In this document: piece after piece, positions 13,077-27,780 of the stretch
Numbering within the stretch: the first letter of the stretch is position 1
Layout: each line of letters opens with the position of its first letter
DNA from: Octopus sinensis
Taxonomy: Eukaryota
Direction of reading: 5' to 3'
DNA length: 64,000 bases
NCBI RefSeq assembly: GCF_006345805.1
Contig: NC_043000.1
Span: 137,702,001 to 137,766,000 of the forward strand
Translations under genes and position numbers: made by a program
The notes under the pieces: model-generated
Told to the model about the DNA's origin: nothing
Database searches by the model: none
The model's input: the letters and a program-made list of their open reading frames with translations, nothing else

Positions 13077-15299
13077 TGTGTGTGTGTGTCTGTGCTTAAG
13101 GACAATGTGAGGAGTTTTCAATGTGAAGCGTTTTTCAAGAGCTGTTATCGTTAGCCATAAAATTTCATGATATTTTTCGCTGTTAATTTTTAAGTTTCCT
13201 TGTGTTTATTGGTAAAATTCTGTAAAGTTATTTTATTTCGGAAAATGTTATGTATGGTGATGCTTGATACATTAGCTACTACTGCTATCTCATAAGTTTT
13301 AAGCACCTCAAATCATTGTTCCTCTTTACTTTGGAACTACAATGTGATCCTCCTGTCATAGATGGGAGGATTACATTCGCAGGTAATACATTCCAGAAAC
13401 TATTACCGATTCATCTATAAATTTTACGAAAACAAGAGACTTTTAATATTTCACATGGAAAAGGTATTTTCCAGTACTGATAATCATATAATAACCATTT
13501 AGAAAACATAAAGTTAAATTCAGCATTGGATTATTTAATTTGGAATATTGTAACAGTTTCAGAATGTAGTATTGTTTCCTTGGTTTTCCATGTGGAGGGA
13601 ATTTCCAGGTGATACTTTCAGGCTCGGGTGAATTTGTGTATATGTATCGGTCACAGAGTTGACATATGTGTTTTCGCTTCTAAAACATTTCTCCAAAGTA
13701 TACTGTCTATCTGTTTCCTATGCCTGAAGATAATGGTTAGCCTATAACTTAGCATTTTGCCTTTGCTTTAGCTGATATAAGTTGAATCCCCATTATCTTT
13801 ACAAAGTTTGAGGAGATAGGGCACCTGTGATAGCCTATTGTAGCGTTGATACAATAGTCTTTATTCATTTAACGTGATTACTATTCTTCTAGGTATATGA
13901 CAGCTAATCTGTTCATATTCATCAATAAGCACTCTCGATTACGAAAGATATATTAATCCCAACACTAAACAAAATTAAGATAAAAGATCTAATTGTCGTT
14001 GCCTCATTGTCCAATAATGACAATGACAATAAACAGAGGCATTGATTAAATGTTACTTAATGTTCTGTATGTAAGTGACTGGCATAGCAAGTACGAGAAT
14101 AACTAATAAGAAAATACACGGACGGATAATCAAATGAGAACTATACGTGCATATATTTTCACACACATACACACGCGTGCACGCACTCACATAAACATAC
14201 ATGGTGTAAGCCTGTGTGTCTATGTTTACGTTTACACTGGGATAAATGTAACCAATGTTTTTGACTGTTTGTCGAATAAAATTATATCTAAAATAAGTTA
14301 TTTGTTTGATGATATGAATGACTAAAATTTTGAAGTTTTGTTCAAGCATGATCGCATCCGGATGAGTTAAACCAGTAAAAGTCAAGCTAAAAGAGTGGAA
14401 GCATTTGAATTAATTGACCTTCGATAAAGTATCATTTCAGAAATCATTTTATATATAGAATCATCCATCAAAATAAAACGAGATTTCAGAATGAATTTTA
14501 ATCAATAAGCAAGAATCGAATAAATTCAGATTAACAGATTTATCATTTCCTTAGATAAAACTCCAAAATAATCTATCTGTAATCAGCCTCGTCAAATTCG
14601 AATGACATTCTTTCGATGCAAAATATATGCGAAAATATGTTTCGAATCGATATTCATTTCTTTCTACTTGTCGTAGCAAGCAATAGACATTTACAATACG
14701 CTGTAACAGCAATCAGAAGTATTTAGAATGTGACCAGCAAATAAATGAACAAAAGCACTAAAAAGCGAAACAACAACTGTGAAATATCGACTATAATATA
14801 AACTGGTCCATGATATAAAGCTATTAATACATAGAACGGAAATACAACATATTTACTCCAACAAAATGTTCAATGATATTCATATTTGTTTTCAGCGAAT
14901 CAATTTTTTGCTCTCTTATATGTTGAGTAGTTTATAACAAATATTGCTATGTAGCCATCAAAGAGAAAGCTATAATTTCTCTGAACGATTTTCATTGACA
15001 CTCTTTTTCATTCGATTAGTTACGTATTATCCTCTATCTGGTGTAAAACCAAATTTATTTGAGAGTTATAAAAGTCTTTCCCCTGAAGCTATCAATAGAT
15101 GGAGAATATTTCATTGGGAAATAAACAATGATACGGGAATGTGTGCCTGAAGTCCTTTTAACTACAAAACATGTAGGACATTAATTTGTGTCAAGAGCTT
15201 TGTAAATAAATTACTTCCAAATCCTTTTCATTCGCTGCAGGTGACAATTACGTACATACACACGTATGTGTGTGCATGTATTTATGTGTGTGTATGTAC

Positions 15300-15364
<65 letters not shown>

Positions 15365-18300
15365 ATGTCATAAGCACTTTTTAAAGCTTTTAAGGTAATA
15401 TCTGGTGTGAAATAGTGCTTCTCGAAGCTCATTACATACAACTATAAAGAATAGCAGATAGTTAGTTTGACACGGGACCCAAGGGTTGATAATTTAAAGT
15501 GTGTCACTTATCAACTTGACAAACAACCGAGAGAACGTGTTTTTTTTTCTTTTTATCATGAACTACGATTCTTTCTAAAATCATTGTTGGAGCGTCACTT
15601 TAAATGTGAACTTTAAGAAAATCTAGAATTTAAACAGACGATAAACTGAAGAGAAAGTGAAATACAGACACACGCTGCCCTCGCACACACACACAAATCT
15701 GTGAATGTGTGTGTGTGTATATGTGTCTGTATGTACCCTGGTGTAGATCGATGTCTATATATGTTTCCGTGTGCGTGTTTGCATTTTCTTTTCCGTAAAT
15801 TTACTCCCTTTTTATGACGCAGATTATTTAAAATGTTTTATTTTCATGTGGATTTCCATCACTATGATTTTAATCGAACAATCCAGAAAGGATTATAATT
15901 TACTTCATATAATAAACGTTCTTTCTGTTTAAAATACGTCTGAAATGTATACGTCTGCAATGTATGCAATTATCAGAACTTGAGTCAATTTTGTATAGTA
16001 TTACTGATAAAAAAAAAAAAAAAAACAGTACGTCCATACATACACTCAGAACTTTTAAGAAACATTTATTCAAGGAAAATAGTTAGAATGGTTGAATACC
16101 ATGAATGTCGATATTTCGTGTAGGCATTGAAGCAGTGCACGACTTATGGAAAATTTTTGAAATTAAATTACAACTTGCCTCTACACGAAAGAAATCAAAA
16201 CAGCAGTGTGGAATTTTACTGAAAAGCTGAAATAATTTCTGGAAACAGAGACAAAATTTGCTATCTAGTTGCAAGTAAGAGGTAATTTCAATGAATTGAA
16301 ATTATTTTGGATACGTTATTCAGTACATCACGATCTAAATGAATTTCTCATGTCGTCTATCCATTTCGGATATCTCCCTTAAGTTGCTTTTCGTAGTTAT
16401 GCAAATTATTGAGGTTAACATTTTCTAAGACTTGTTTTCAGTTTGTGATATTGTGAGCGCTAATGAATGCAAGCTTGAAAGGTCCGTGTTTTACTGATGA
16501 TGTCTAACATAAGCAATATTTTCCAGTATCTCTCATCTTGCTTTCTTACAAAGATGAGAGTTTATTTCCTAGACATAAAAAACTAGTGAAATTAAGTCTA
16601 TAGTTCGTGGAATTATTTCCCCTTCTATTTGAAATTCTCCAATATTTGCTACTATATGTTACTCTTCTTTCTCTATTAAGCAACTTATAATCTATTACAT
16701 GTAGTATTCACTACACCGCCGCCAGCAGGAAATAGAATAAATGCACCCACTCTGCTTTCAGCTTTCCCATTTTGCAACACAAACCTAGAACACACACTTG
16801 TAAGTAACGCTGTGGAATTAACAATGCTGTTATATTTCCGGCATTTAAGACATAGCATTCGTTTCTTTTCATATTCAATGCTTTTCAAACAAATAAAATC
16901 CTCACACTATGAAACCTTTTGAAACATCAATAGTTATAGTTTTCGATTTTGTAAAAATAACCTGAAAAGTAAAAGACACTGGCTTATTAAATATATTTAT
17001 TTCATGTGTATGAGAACCTAAAATAAAAGTAGTGAAAACAATTGTGCTTTAATCCATGATATCATAAGTTTTATTTTACTTGTTTTTACAGATTCTATTG
17101 TCTTTTAAGTTAGCTGTAAGGAAATGTTTAAAAGAGCACTTTATGATCACGTTTTTATACTCAGTATTAAAACGTTTTCATATTTCTCGGTCACTCTTCT
17201 ATTTCGTATAATCAATACACATCTAAAAACCGCTCCAAATTTAATACTGAATCTAGCTTCATGCTTACTATACAGAAACTGGACACAATGATCTCTCAGT
17301 TAAATGTTTAGCGTGTTGGCCATGTTAATGTAATATGGAAATTCATTTGTACAAAAATCCAGAGTAGAAAGTGACTTTATTGATTACATTGATAAAGTGT
17401 TGTTTAGTGAGCCACAAAGTCATGTTGAAGAGGAAAGGTACATATTTTTGTTGTTGGGTTGTCGTGTTGCAATGTGGTGATGCATATAAAACTGTGTTAG
17501 TATGAAATAAAGGCACTAAATAGTTGATTTCTATTGAAACCAGTGCCACGCGTTTTAAACGGATGACTGACATTTCACTTTCCCAATATTTACTATTATG
17601 TTTCGGCATAAGAAAATAGCAATTTTACTCTATTAACTGACATGGCTTTACTGATACCTTGTGTGCAAATCAAAGGATGGCAAGACGAAAGCTGGATAAA
17701 CTAACAGTCGATTGTGTTAGGACTATCTCTCAAGTGACTTCAACGAACCAGTTTCCGGAAAAGTGACAGATGGAAGAACAAACATGTTTTAAAAAATACT
17801 TTATACATTTTAGTAAATCTCTATTAGAAGCTTACGAATCAGTCGTTTGAAATGAAAAAGAATGCAATGGTGTAATGCAGTTGGATTGGAATAATTCTGC
17901 CTACAACTGATTTGTGCTACACAAAAACTCGTGCACACCGGAGGATTTTCAATTGTAGCAAATACATAGAAAACACCAGTAATCGGCTTCATAGATAATG
18001 GAGTGCTTTGTTCTGTATGTTTTCTCTACCGTGTAAAAACAGGCAATATTAATTCTCATCTCTTAATCGAAGTTTTCCATTAAGTTATCTACTATTAGCA
18101 CTCGGATAAGTTGCACTAAATGCAGAGCTATAAACGTGAGCACAGCAGCAACAGCTATGAATAATTTATTCTGATTAGATACTGGCAGTGAAGCTACGAT
18201 TTCGAAACAAGGTAAAAACAATTCAAGTTCAATTTCACAGAGGCATTATAGATTTAGAAAGTGTTGTAATGTCATATTAAACAGTGTGTAACTCCTAAAT

Positions 18301-18469
18301 TGCAGGATGCATATACTCAATAATAATCGACAATTTCTAACAGTGTAAAAGACCAATCAATTAACGATTAATGAAATTTCTTTATCATTGTTTAAGAACT
18401 TATATCTACAAGAGTAAACAAGAAAACCAAAATAGGAGAAACAGCACTGTAGGAATTATGTAAGGCAAT

Positions 18470-19220
18470 TTCGCGCTGCTGTGGAATGTTTTGAAAGGTT
18501 TTGATTGTCTTTTGCTTTTGATTATTTTGTGTATTTCGAACACTTCTTTCATTCTTGGGTCTTGTCCTCGTAGTGGAATGTTCTGGTGGATAATGTTGTA
18601 AATTCCTGTGTGTTGTAATAAAGGGTTGGGTATAGGATGTATCTGGAAGGTTTTTCGTAGGTTTCGAATATCTATTGCTTTCGCGCGTTTTCTTCAGTCG
18701 TCTATCAATATTAATGGATATTGTTTTTTAAGTAGTATTTTTTAAGTTCCTGGAGGAGTTTTTATTGCGAGTTTCAGAGATTGAGACAGTTGCGCAGATG
18801 CTTCTTGATAGATTAAATGGTGTATCATCCTTCGTTTTCATGGGATGGCATGAGGAGAACAGTAAATATTCTTTAGAATCTGTTTGGTTGTAGTGAATGT
18901 CTGTTTCAATGGTTTTTTAAAAAATCTGATGTGTGGGAAAGTTAGTTGAGTTTTCATGTATACTATGGCGAAGATGATACTATTGTTTATGCTGTTTATT
19001 AGGTTTTTGAAATCCATAAGTCGTTCAGATGTTTGCGTCCACAGAATCAAGCAGTCATCTAAGTATCGTTTGTAGAATTCTAAGCCATATTTTAATTTAG
19101 ATTGTTTATATATCTGGGCCTCCATGTATACCACAATTAGATTGGCGTAAGCCGGAGCGATTTCTGTCACAATCACAGTTCCAGATAATCGTTTTCAAAT
19201 ATTACCATTGAAGTCAAAAA
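18470..19220 (-). mobile_element. Penelope-like element reverse transcriptase relic
   Basis: FDFNG...GTVIVTEIAPAYANL...KRYLDDCLILW...FKNLINSINNSIIF (ORF 18838-19176 plus flanks); downstream KIIKSKRQ linker-like motif. Confidence 0.8.
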
Positions 19221-20146
19221 AGCACACACACATATATGTGTGAGAGTGTGTGTGCATTTGGTCATATATACATGCATGCAAATATGCATATATGTCTCTG
19301 TTTCTACTTATACCATGCGATGGTGTTATCTGGGACTTTGAGTTGCGTTGGTTCATGTGAATAATATAAATGAGCGATTTGACAAAAAATAAGTAGCTAT
19401 TTTAAATAGGCACTGACTGCTAACTAATGACTGAAACCAATAAAATAAAAGCTGATCAGTTATGTTTAACTAACTTTCCAAACAAATTTACACACAACTG
19501 AAGGAGCATTCAGTTTATAATGTTTGATTGAATTACATAATTAATAACTCATGAATATTAAAAGGGATATTAGATATTTTAGATTACACTATGAAGGGAT
19601 GCATTTTTTATCGATTAGGCTTAAATATGTAATGATAAATGTTTATCTTTGCTTGGTATGAGCGATGCTTCTAGCGTGACTTACAGAATTGGAATTATTC
19701 ATATCGTAGGAATGACATCATGTCAGGAAAAGTGTGGGACTCTGAACAACTATTAATGTACATGATTCTAAATAGTGCTCGAATTTTTCAAATCCTAAAT
19801 TGAAATTAATCAATAATTTGTTTTGATTGGAGACTGGTGATCACGAACAAATTTAACACAAGGTAGAAACCATTTAAACAATTTTAATAGAATCCAATGT
19901 GTTACGAACGCACAAAATTCACCACTGTAATGAGATTCTGAGACACTGGATGTTTCACACTTATTGTATGTCTCTTCAGTCAAAGTTAACCCGGACCGAT
20001 AACGTATCATTAGTACAGGATCTTGAATATAGAAATCAGCAAATAATTAATTGGTGATGTGTGCTGAAGCTTTCCAACCAATAATAATTATGAGATACAC
20101 GAAGAAAAGGGAGAATGCGTTCAAGAACGTATCATTATGCTTGACA

Positions 20147-20341
20147 AAGCAGCGAGCTGGCAGAATCCTTAGCACGCCGAATAAAATTCTTAGCTACATT
20201 TCGCCCGTCTTTACTTTCTGTGTTCAAATTCCGCTGAGGGGAATTTTGCCTTTCATTCTTCTCGGCGACGATAAAAGATGTCCTCTGCTAGCCCCTCCCC
20301 ACCCCATAATTTCAGGCCTTCTACCTATGATACAAAGGATT
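20147..20341 (+). mobile_element. SINE family B' (B head/core, ATTTCAGGCCTT...ATT tail)
   Basis: GCGAGCTGGCAGAATC head; 13-bp TSD ATTATG(C/T)TTGACA at 20134 and 20342. Confidence 0.8.
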
Positions 20342-21610
20342 ATTATGTTTGACAGATTTCAACATGCATCAACAAATAATTATTTGTTGACTTCTATAAA
20401 CCAGAGATTGCAGTTATATTCGATTAAAGTTATTGGAACTTAGTCAAAATATTTGGTAGCCACATTTTAATGACTGAAACACTTAAAAGATAAAAAAAAA
20501 AAAAAGTGAATTTATGATTATAACAACTTATAACAACTGATAACAATTATAAGTTATGTGATTATAGTCGCAAAAGACGTATCCGTGTATTAATATAAGA
20601 ATAGGTATATAAGTTCTGATCTTCATTACATCTCGAAGATAAGTAACAATATAAATGAAAATGCATGACTTCATCAGGAATTGAAACTAATTTATTGAAA
20701 CGATTGTTAGAATCACCTTTAAAATGTAGACGTCAAGTTTTTGTGCGCAAGGCAGTAATTGAGTGCATAGCTCACCTAGTTATTTGGACTTGCGCCAACG
20801 TCCGATTCAATATAGGACTACTAATCTCTTCTTCGCGAATCTAAGACTGAGTGTTAAAACTAGTGTTCAAGCCCCAACTATAAAGACAAAATATTTATTT
20901 CATTTATTAAGCACAAGATATTTTTGCTGTGAAAATGTTATACATAGTCTGTTTCCTTGATCCTGTAATATCATTTACACGTTTTAAAACTTGGAAGAGA
21001 GGGAAGAATGTATTAACGTAAAGTATTTTGATGTTCTTTAAATATTTTGACTAGGCTGTTTGTATTTTTTTTTTAATTTCCTAATATACCTGTTGAATAC
21101 TATACGAAGAAATTTTACTCAAAATTTCCTTAAGGATAATTTGATGACTAAATCGAAATTTATGAATTCGATATAAACAATATATAAATAACATCTCAAT
21201 TATTTATATACAAATGTAGATCAACTTTCAAATAAAATTTATGATTATAAAGAACCTGGGGTAACTGAACATACTACTAGATCTATATTGGAGATATGGG
21301 TTTGGGGTAGCATCGATGCATAATTCTGAGCTCTAAGTGCAATTTTGAGAAGTATTGCACCCATAACAGAAAAGCAAATGTGTACAACTTGAGAGAAAAT
21401 CTTTTGATTTCATTGTAATTTTCAGAAAGGATTGGATCTTTTGTGGTCCTATTAACAGGAGTTCATCTGTAATTATAGTATAGGTTTGTTTATGATACTA
21501 ATATTATCTTACATAATGGGTTTTAATAGAACGGAACTAAAATTATTTTCTCGGTTTAGGTAACAACAAATGTAATGTCTATACATTGAGATAACTGCTA
21601 TGAGTATATA

Positions 21611-21800
21611 TCTATTATATAAAATCCTTTCTGTCTGTCTGTGTTTGTGTCTTCTAGGATCTCGGGCATCCTCCATCCAATTGCGCTCAAATTTGATACC
21701 GACGGTATCAGGGCGTGTATACGTCTTGAAAAATTACAAAAATCGATTCCAGGTGAGAATGCAATCGATAAAGCATTCCTTGGAATCGAGACAAGTCTAT
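21611..21800 (+). mobile_element. Probable 5' end of a second non-autonomous Helitron-like family
   Basis: A|TCTATTATATAAAA followed by (CTGT)n, the same architecture as the 9.9/32.6-kb elements; no 3' CTAG end found. Confidence 0.45.
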
Positions 21801-21929
21801 CTTTATTTCTTCTTTTGCTGGTGTATTTAATTTAGGTTAAATCAGTGTTTCTCAAAGGGGAGGCCTATGGGACAGTCGGACAAGTTGTTTTGAGAATATT
21901 TGGTTTAAATGTTTGACAACTCAGCACCG

Positions 21930-22659
21930 TCCATTGGACGGGGGGCGTTTTGCTCGTCCCGTAATAAATTTGAGAATATTCTACGCAATGAACTTGGCAC
22001 GACGAGGGTTTCTGTTCGGTGGGTACTGCATCTTCTGACACTTGACCAAAAGCTCACCAGCTTCACCGCATCAATGGAAAAATCTGACATTGTTCGAGAT
22101 AGATCCAGCTGGTTTCCTTGAACGTTTTCTCACCCAAAATGAGTGTTGGCTTCGTCTCTTTGAGCAAGAGATAAAGAGATAATCTATAAAGTGGAGACGC
22201 CTCTCCTCACTTGCTCCAAATAAGGTCAAGATCTTTTCATCTGTAGGGAAAGTGAAGGCTTCAGGTTTTGGGGCTGCAAAAGGCATTGTGTTCACGGACT
22301 ATCTTCAGAAAGGCAACACCATCAATGGAAAGTACTATGCCCTATGCCAATTTGCTGAGGCAGTTACGAAAACCTATGAAAACCAAACGATCAGCAAAGC
22401 CGACAAAGGGGCTCTTGTTTCATCAGGATAAAAGTCCTTGGTTTCAATGTCTGTTTGTGTGTGACTGTGGCTTTGAATTGGCTGATCACCAACCCTCACC
22501 TCTTGATTAGTCTCATCTGACTATTATTTGTTCCCCAACAGGAAAAGACCTATTGGCTGGGAACCAGTATCGCATTGACGATTACGTCATATCTGCTGCT
22601 GATTTGGTCACACTCCATGAGATTATTTTGGTCAGCCTATGAACTTTTGAGCCTACCTA
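21930..22659 (+). mobile_element. mariner-type transposase relic
   Basis: Across frameshifts: RWVLHLLTLDQK, GKVKAS..AKGIVFTDYLQKGNTINGKYYA, LLRQLR..KGLLFHQD, GFEL.DH.PSPLD, SDYYLFPN; TIR-like end ...TATGAACTTTTGAGCCTACC-TA. Confidence 0.85.
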
Positions 22660-23079
22660 TAATAATTTATGGCGTACAACGAAAATCCGCATAATACTAG
22701 ATGTATTGGCCGATTCAAAAGTCAATACTTGATAGCAGCTGTTTTTCTTCGGAGAACACCTTTAAATGATGTACGTGTTAAATGCTCTTTACACGACTGA
22801 ACCATGTGTTATGAATATATATAATTTAAATATACATGCATACATAATATATATATATCTATGTATCATAGCAACTGAATATCGATTCTGAAGGAGAATG
22901 GCAGATCTGGAAAAAATTATGTATATGAGTTTGTATTTGAATTTAGTTTACAGTTCTTTAACGATTTATAAGCAAATAAGGCTAACACCATTAATTCATA
23001 TTCTTCTTAATACCCCTTTTCTACATATTAAAAATCGTTTAGAATTTTAATTTTTTCCAATATTCATGAATTCTTTTCT

Positions 23080-23730
23080 GAAATTGGCTGATTGTCTTCT
23101 ACTTGAAGATCTTTGGAAATCGATTTCATCTTGTTTGCATCAGGCTGGAGAATACTTGCTTTCTTGTAAGCTTGTTGAATAATTTATATGGATTCCATCT
23201 TGATGATTGATGGAATTTCGCGATGTTGTCGCTGTTGAAGTCGATGTTTTCTGTTATCTTTAGGCTTATAATATATCACCCTCTCTTTCTGCGATCTATT
23301 GATGGCAAATTGAGACTTATAAGTCTAGCCATATATAATAGATCTCTTCTCCAAGCTGCTATCAATTTAATGGCTTTCCTTGTACATTTCTAGAATTTTC
23401 TAGACACAAATCTGATATCTGAAGTAGTGCGTTCACCAAATGAAGTTACCATATTCGAGGTATGACCTCAGCATAGTATATCAAAGTCAGAAATGTACTT
23501 GAGCTGATGAGTGTAAAAGTTCTTAATACTTCAAGAAGGATGTTAATTCCATTATAGCTGTACTTTGTTGATGCGATGGCGAGTCTGTATCAAGAACCAC
23601 GCCAATGTCTTTTACTTTCTAAATATTTTCTTTTGTTCGATAAATATATTTTGCAATGTCTGAGCCTAAATGTAATCAACTTTCATTTTGACGCATTCTA
23701 AAGTAATTGCTATCAACCCATCTTAGAATT
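23080..23730 (-). mobile_element. CR1-like LINE, RT C-terminal relic (old)
   Basis: KDIGVVLDT, LEYGNFIW, NVQGKA, ARLISLNLPSIDRRKRG recovered across stops. Confidence 0.7.
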
Positions 23731-23945
23731 CAGATCATTGGAAACTTTTTTACGTGTTGAAAAATTTAGAAAATCAGAATAATCAAAGCATATTGTTTGA
23801 ATTAAGGATGTGAATGTACATTCGTTTATACACCAATACAGAGATACGCATATACACGCGAACCAGACGTACACCTACTCGTACGTGCGTGCCTAACATG
23901 TCACACACATACATACCCGCAGCAGGTGCCGACGTATACTTATGT

Positions 23946-24217
23946 GGAGGCACATAGCCTAGTGGTTAGAGCAGCGGACTCGCGGGTTCGAATCGCAGAC
24001 CGGGCGATGTGTGTGTTTATGAGCGAAAAAACCTAAGTTCCACGCGACTCCGGCAGAAGGTAATGGTGAACTTCTGCTGACTCTTTCGCCACAACTTTCT
24101 CTCACTCTTTCCTCCTGCATCTTGCAGCTCACCTGCGACGGACCGGCGTCCCGTCCAGGTGGGGAATCTATACACCAAGAAACCGGCCCTTTTTATGGCT
24201 CGAGAAGAAGGAACAAC
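23946..24217 (+). mobile_element. SINE family D (tRNA-like head; tail similar to family C)
   Basis: GGAGGCACATAGCCTAGTGGTTAGAGCAGCGGACTCGCGGGTTCGAATCGC head; tail GACGGACCGGCGTCCCGTCCAG...GAAACCGGCCC. Confidence 0.8.
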
Positions 24218-24886
24218 GTATACTTATACTCTCATACTGGTACACGCATACACACATACGTACACGTATACGCACATATGCACACGCATGTACATAACAC
24301 AGCCGATACTAAGGTATACTTATATGTGCATACACGTACACGCACACAACTGATACACACCCATACGTACACTTGCACCAGACACACATATCCAAGCACA
24401 CACTTATCTTCCCATCAATGAGATGATGCCGCCAGCTAACACACGCACGCACAGTAGTTATGCATAGTCACGTATCCATGCAGCAGATATAGCTGCACAT
24501 TCGCACACAGAGCACTTGTGTCGCTAAGAATTCTCTCTCCAGCTCATAGTTAGCAATGTATCATCTAAATTTTGTCTAACTACGCGGTTCTAGAAATGGA
24601 GATTGGAATATCTGTCTCTACCTGATATCACTATTGTATGAATACTAATATTAACAGCAACGAGATTGTTTTAGTAAATAATTTACCTGGCAAAGTGCAA
24701 CAGAAGAAAGAGCTATAATTAAGATAATATGATTTAAACCGAAAATGTGACACCACGTGACCTGCCTAATGCGATATCTGGTCAAACTCCAGTTTAATGT
24801 ATTTATTTAGATTAGATCTGCTACTTAGAATGTTTTGATGACTACAGTGTTTACTGTTCCCAAATTAGATCAAAATATTTGGAGCT

Positions 24887-24919
<33 letters not shown>

Positions 24920-24923
<4 letters not shown>

Positions 24924-25885
24924 GCTGTGGAAAGCATAAAAACAAATCGTAATGTTTTTTATAAATTTGCAAAGGAAACATCTACAATACAATATAAAAT
25001 AGGACCATTGTTCCAAGGAAATGACTCACTGATAGCAGACCCAGGAAGGAGAAGTGAGATACGCAGTGACCAATTTGAAAGTGTCTTCGCTTCCCCCTTT
25101 GGACACATGCAGATAAATCCAGCTGCATTCATTGATACTGCATCATTACAAAACAAGGCACCAGCCATCGATTACATCAATATTGAGGAAACAGATGTAA
25201 TAGTGGCCATAGATGAAATGAGCTCCGCCACTGGTTCTGATGAATTCTCAGCTATTCTCCTAGTCATGTAAGGAGGCTCTAGCGAAATCACTTCAGATAC
25301 TTTTCCAAAGTCTCCTTGCAAGTGGTATACTTTCTAAAAAGGCGGCGAGCTGGCAGAACCGTTAGCACGCCGGGCGAAATGCGTAGCCGTATTTCGTCTG
25401 CCAAGTACCAGTTACGCACTGGGGTCGATGTAATCAGCTTAATGCGTTTGTCTGTCCTTGTTTGTCTGTCCTTGTTTGTCCCCTCTGTGTTTAGCCCCTT
25501 GTGGATAGTAAAGAAATAGGTATACTTCCTAGAATGGTGAAAGAAGGTATTATATTCACAAAGGTGGAAGCAGAGCAGAAGCAAAAAACTACAGGCCAAT
25601 CTCTCTGACTTCACATATCAGTAAAGTCATGGAGCGAATCCTCAGAAAGTAGTTGATAATGTTCCTAGAAGAAAACGACCTACTGAACAATACTCAGCAT
25701 GGCTTCCACCTAGGAAGAAGCCGCCTCACACAGCTCCTTCAGCACTATGACTGGGTTTTGAAACACCTGCTTGACCATTCAGATAGCATTTGATAAGGTA
25801 GATCTTAAGATGGTAAGTCATAAGATACGAGACCTTGGCATTGCTGGTAAACTGGGAGAGTAGCTGCATGACTTCCTAAAATGTC
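24920..25885 (+). mobile_element. CR1-like LINE, pre-RT/RT relic interrupted by a SINE
   Basis: ORF 24879-25271 plus NYRPISLTSHISKVMERI, QHGFHLGRS.LTQLL, AFDKVD after the insertion. Confidence 0.85.
25340..25518 (+). mobile_element. SINE family B with internal deletion
   Basis: GGCGGCGAGCTGGCAGAA head, TTAGCCCCTTGTGG tail; ~16-bp TSD GGTATACTT(T/C)CTA(A/G)AA at 25324 and 25519. Confidence 0.9.
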
Positions 25886-26668
25886 GCTTCATTGTAACAT
25901 TTTCTGTATCTCTAAACAAACATCGATAAAAATTACATAACAGACCAAAACTTGATCTGTTACAAATTCTTCATTTGTATATTAGCATGAATTCATGCTA
26001 ATTTGAAAGTCGTGGGTTTTTGGGAGGCGAAATACATACAAGATGCCTCGGCTACCACGAAGGTTACTCAAGAAGTTGGATATAACAAACTGTGACTTTG
26101 GATGTGATCATTAGTTTTGCCTCTATGTCAGTATATGATCAACAACTGTTGACGGTCCATACTTTTAGCATCAGCAATTCAATTATCATGCAAAAGATAT
26201 TCACCTCTCATAGTCATTAACAAGATTTACCAGGATTCTACATTTCTGTCGTTATATAAAGTTTAAAAATATCTGTAACGGTACTTAAATTATAAATCCT
26301 CCTTGCTTTCATATAACAATTGTCATCTGACCTCTTGAAACTGCCGATAGGAGGGACAGACGAAAAGATGTTAATAACTCTACACTTCATCGCTCTGCTT
26401 TCTTCTCTCTCTCTGTATAGCTAAGTTACTTATTCAAGACTTTTACCTGATTTCTATCTTACAAGCTTTCTCTGCATGTGTGCCTCTTACTCTCTTTATA
26501 TGTTCCATTCTCTCTCTGCTTTTCCTTCTCTTGTTCCGTTACATACTATCTGTCTTTCTTGTTTAATTTCGTTTTCTTACAAATATGAAAAAATATGAAT
26601 AAAGAAACAAAATAAATAAAATATTGCTATTTTTTCATTTCAAAATATATGCTACATTTTGAAATAAT

Positions 26669-26778
26669 GGCGTAGGAGTGGCTTCATGGCACCTTGGGCA
26701 AATGTCTTCTACTATAGCTTCGGGCCGACCAAAGCCTAGTGAGTGGATTTGGTGGACTGAAACTGAAAGAAGCCTGTC

Positions 26779-26846
<68 letters not shown>

Positions 26847-27058
26847 TAGTGTGTCTGCGTTTGTCCCCCCATCATCGCTTGACAACCGATGTTGGCATGT
26901 TTACATCCCCGTAACTTAGCAGTTCGGCAAAAGATACCGATAGAGTAAGTCCTAGGCTTACAAAGAATAAGCGCTGGGGTCGATTTGGTCGACTAAAGGC
27001 GGTGATCCAGCATGGCTACAGTCAAATGACTGAAAGAATTAAAAGAGTAAAGAGAGTA
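26669..27058 (+). mobile_element. SINE family A (deletion in head)
   Basis: Colinear with the other copies. Confidence 0.85.
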
Positions 27059-27201
27059 CACATACCTTGCAATTTTGTTTCAAAATATAATGTGTTACAT
27101 TTTATATATTTTCATTTTGTTATTTCTGAATAGAAGTCAGACAAGCCATATATAAGTATGTATGTATGCTTGTGTATCTGTGTGTATATACATATATATA
27201 T

Positions 27202-27260
<59 letters not shown>

Positions 27261-27276
27261 TTATTTATTTATCAAA

Positions 27277-27660
27277 ATAAAAACATGATGCAAAGGATTT
27301 AGCGGTACATATGTTTCGGACCTTTATTAGATGGTTTATATCAATACATAATTGATGTAAAATGTGTGTCAATAGCCTTCTTCAGCCGCGTACAATTACT
27401 ACTTCAAGGACATGTATTACTTTATAAGTTTTACGTTGGGGATGCAAATCCTCATAGTCGCGTACTACAGAGCGACTATGAGGATTTGCATCCCCAACGT
27501 AAAACTTATAAAGTAATACATGTCCTTGAAGTAGTAATTGTACGCGTCTGAAGAAGGCTATTGACACACATTTTACATCAATTATGTATTGATATAAACC
27601 GTCTAATAAAGGCCCGAAACATATGTACCGCTAAAGCCTTTGCATCATGTTTTTTTTTAT
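27277..27660. mobile_element. ~185-bp inverted repeat with 10-bp spacer; Penelope-like terminal region, head-to-head
   Basis: 27277-27461 is the reverse complement of 27472-27660; ORFs 27366(+) and 27382(-) are near-identical; hammerhead-like motif in each arm. Confidence 0.75.
27302..27389 (-). ncRNA. Candidate minimal type-I hammerhead ribozyme (long stem-II loop)
   Basis: GCGG-CTGAAGA-A-GG...CC-GAAA-C-ATAT-G-TA-CCGC; stem I 4 bp, palindromic stem-III loop, GUA cleavage triplet. The mirror copy at 27544-27631(+) has a stem-I mismatch. Confidence 0.5.
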
Positions 27661-27737
27661 AAATATACTCTATCACCAACAGCACTAAATGGCATATACA
27701 GGTGCTTACAATTATCAAGTCTTCACACTGAATTTTT

Positions 27738-27776
<39 letters not shown>

Positions 27777-27780
27777 TGTA

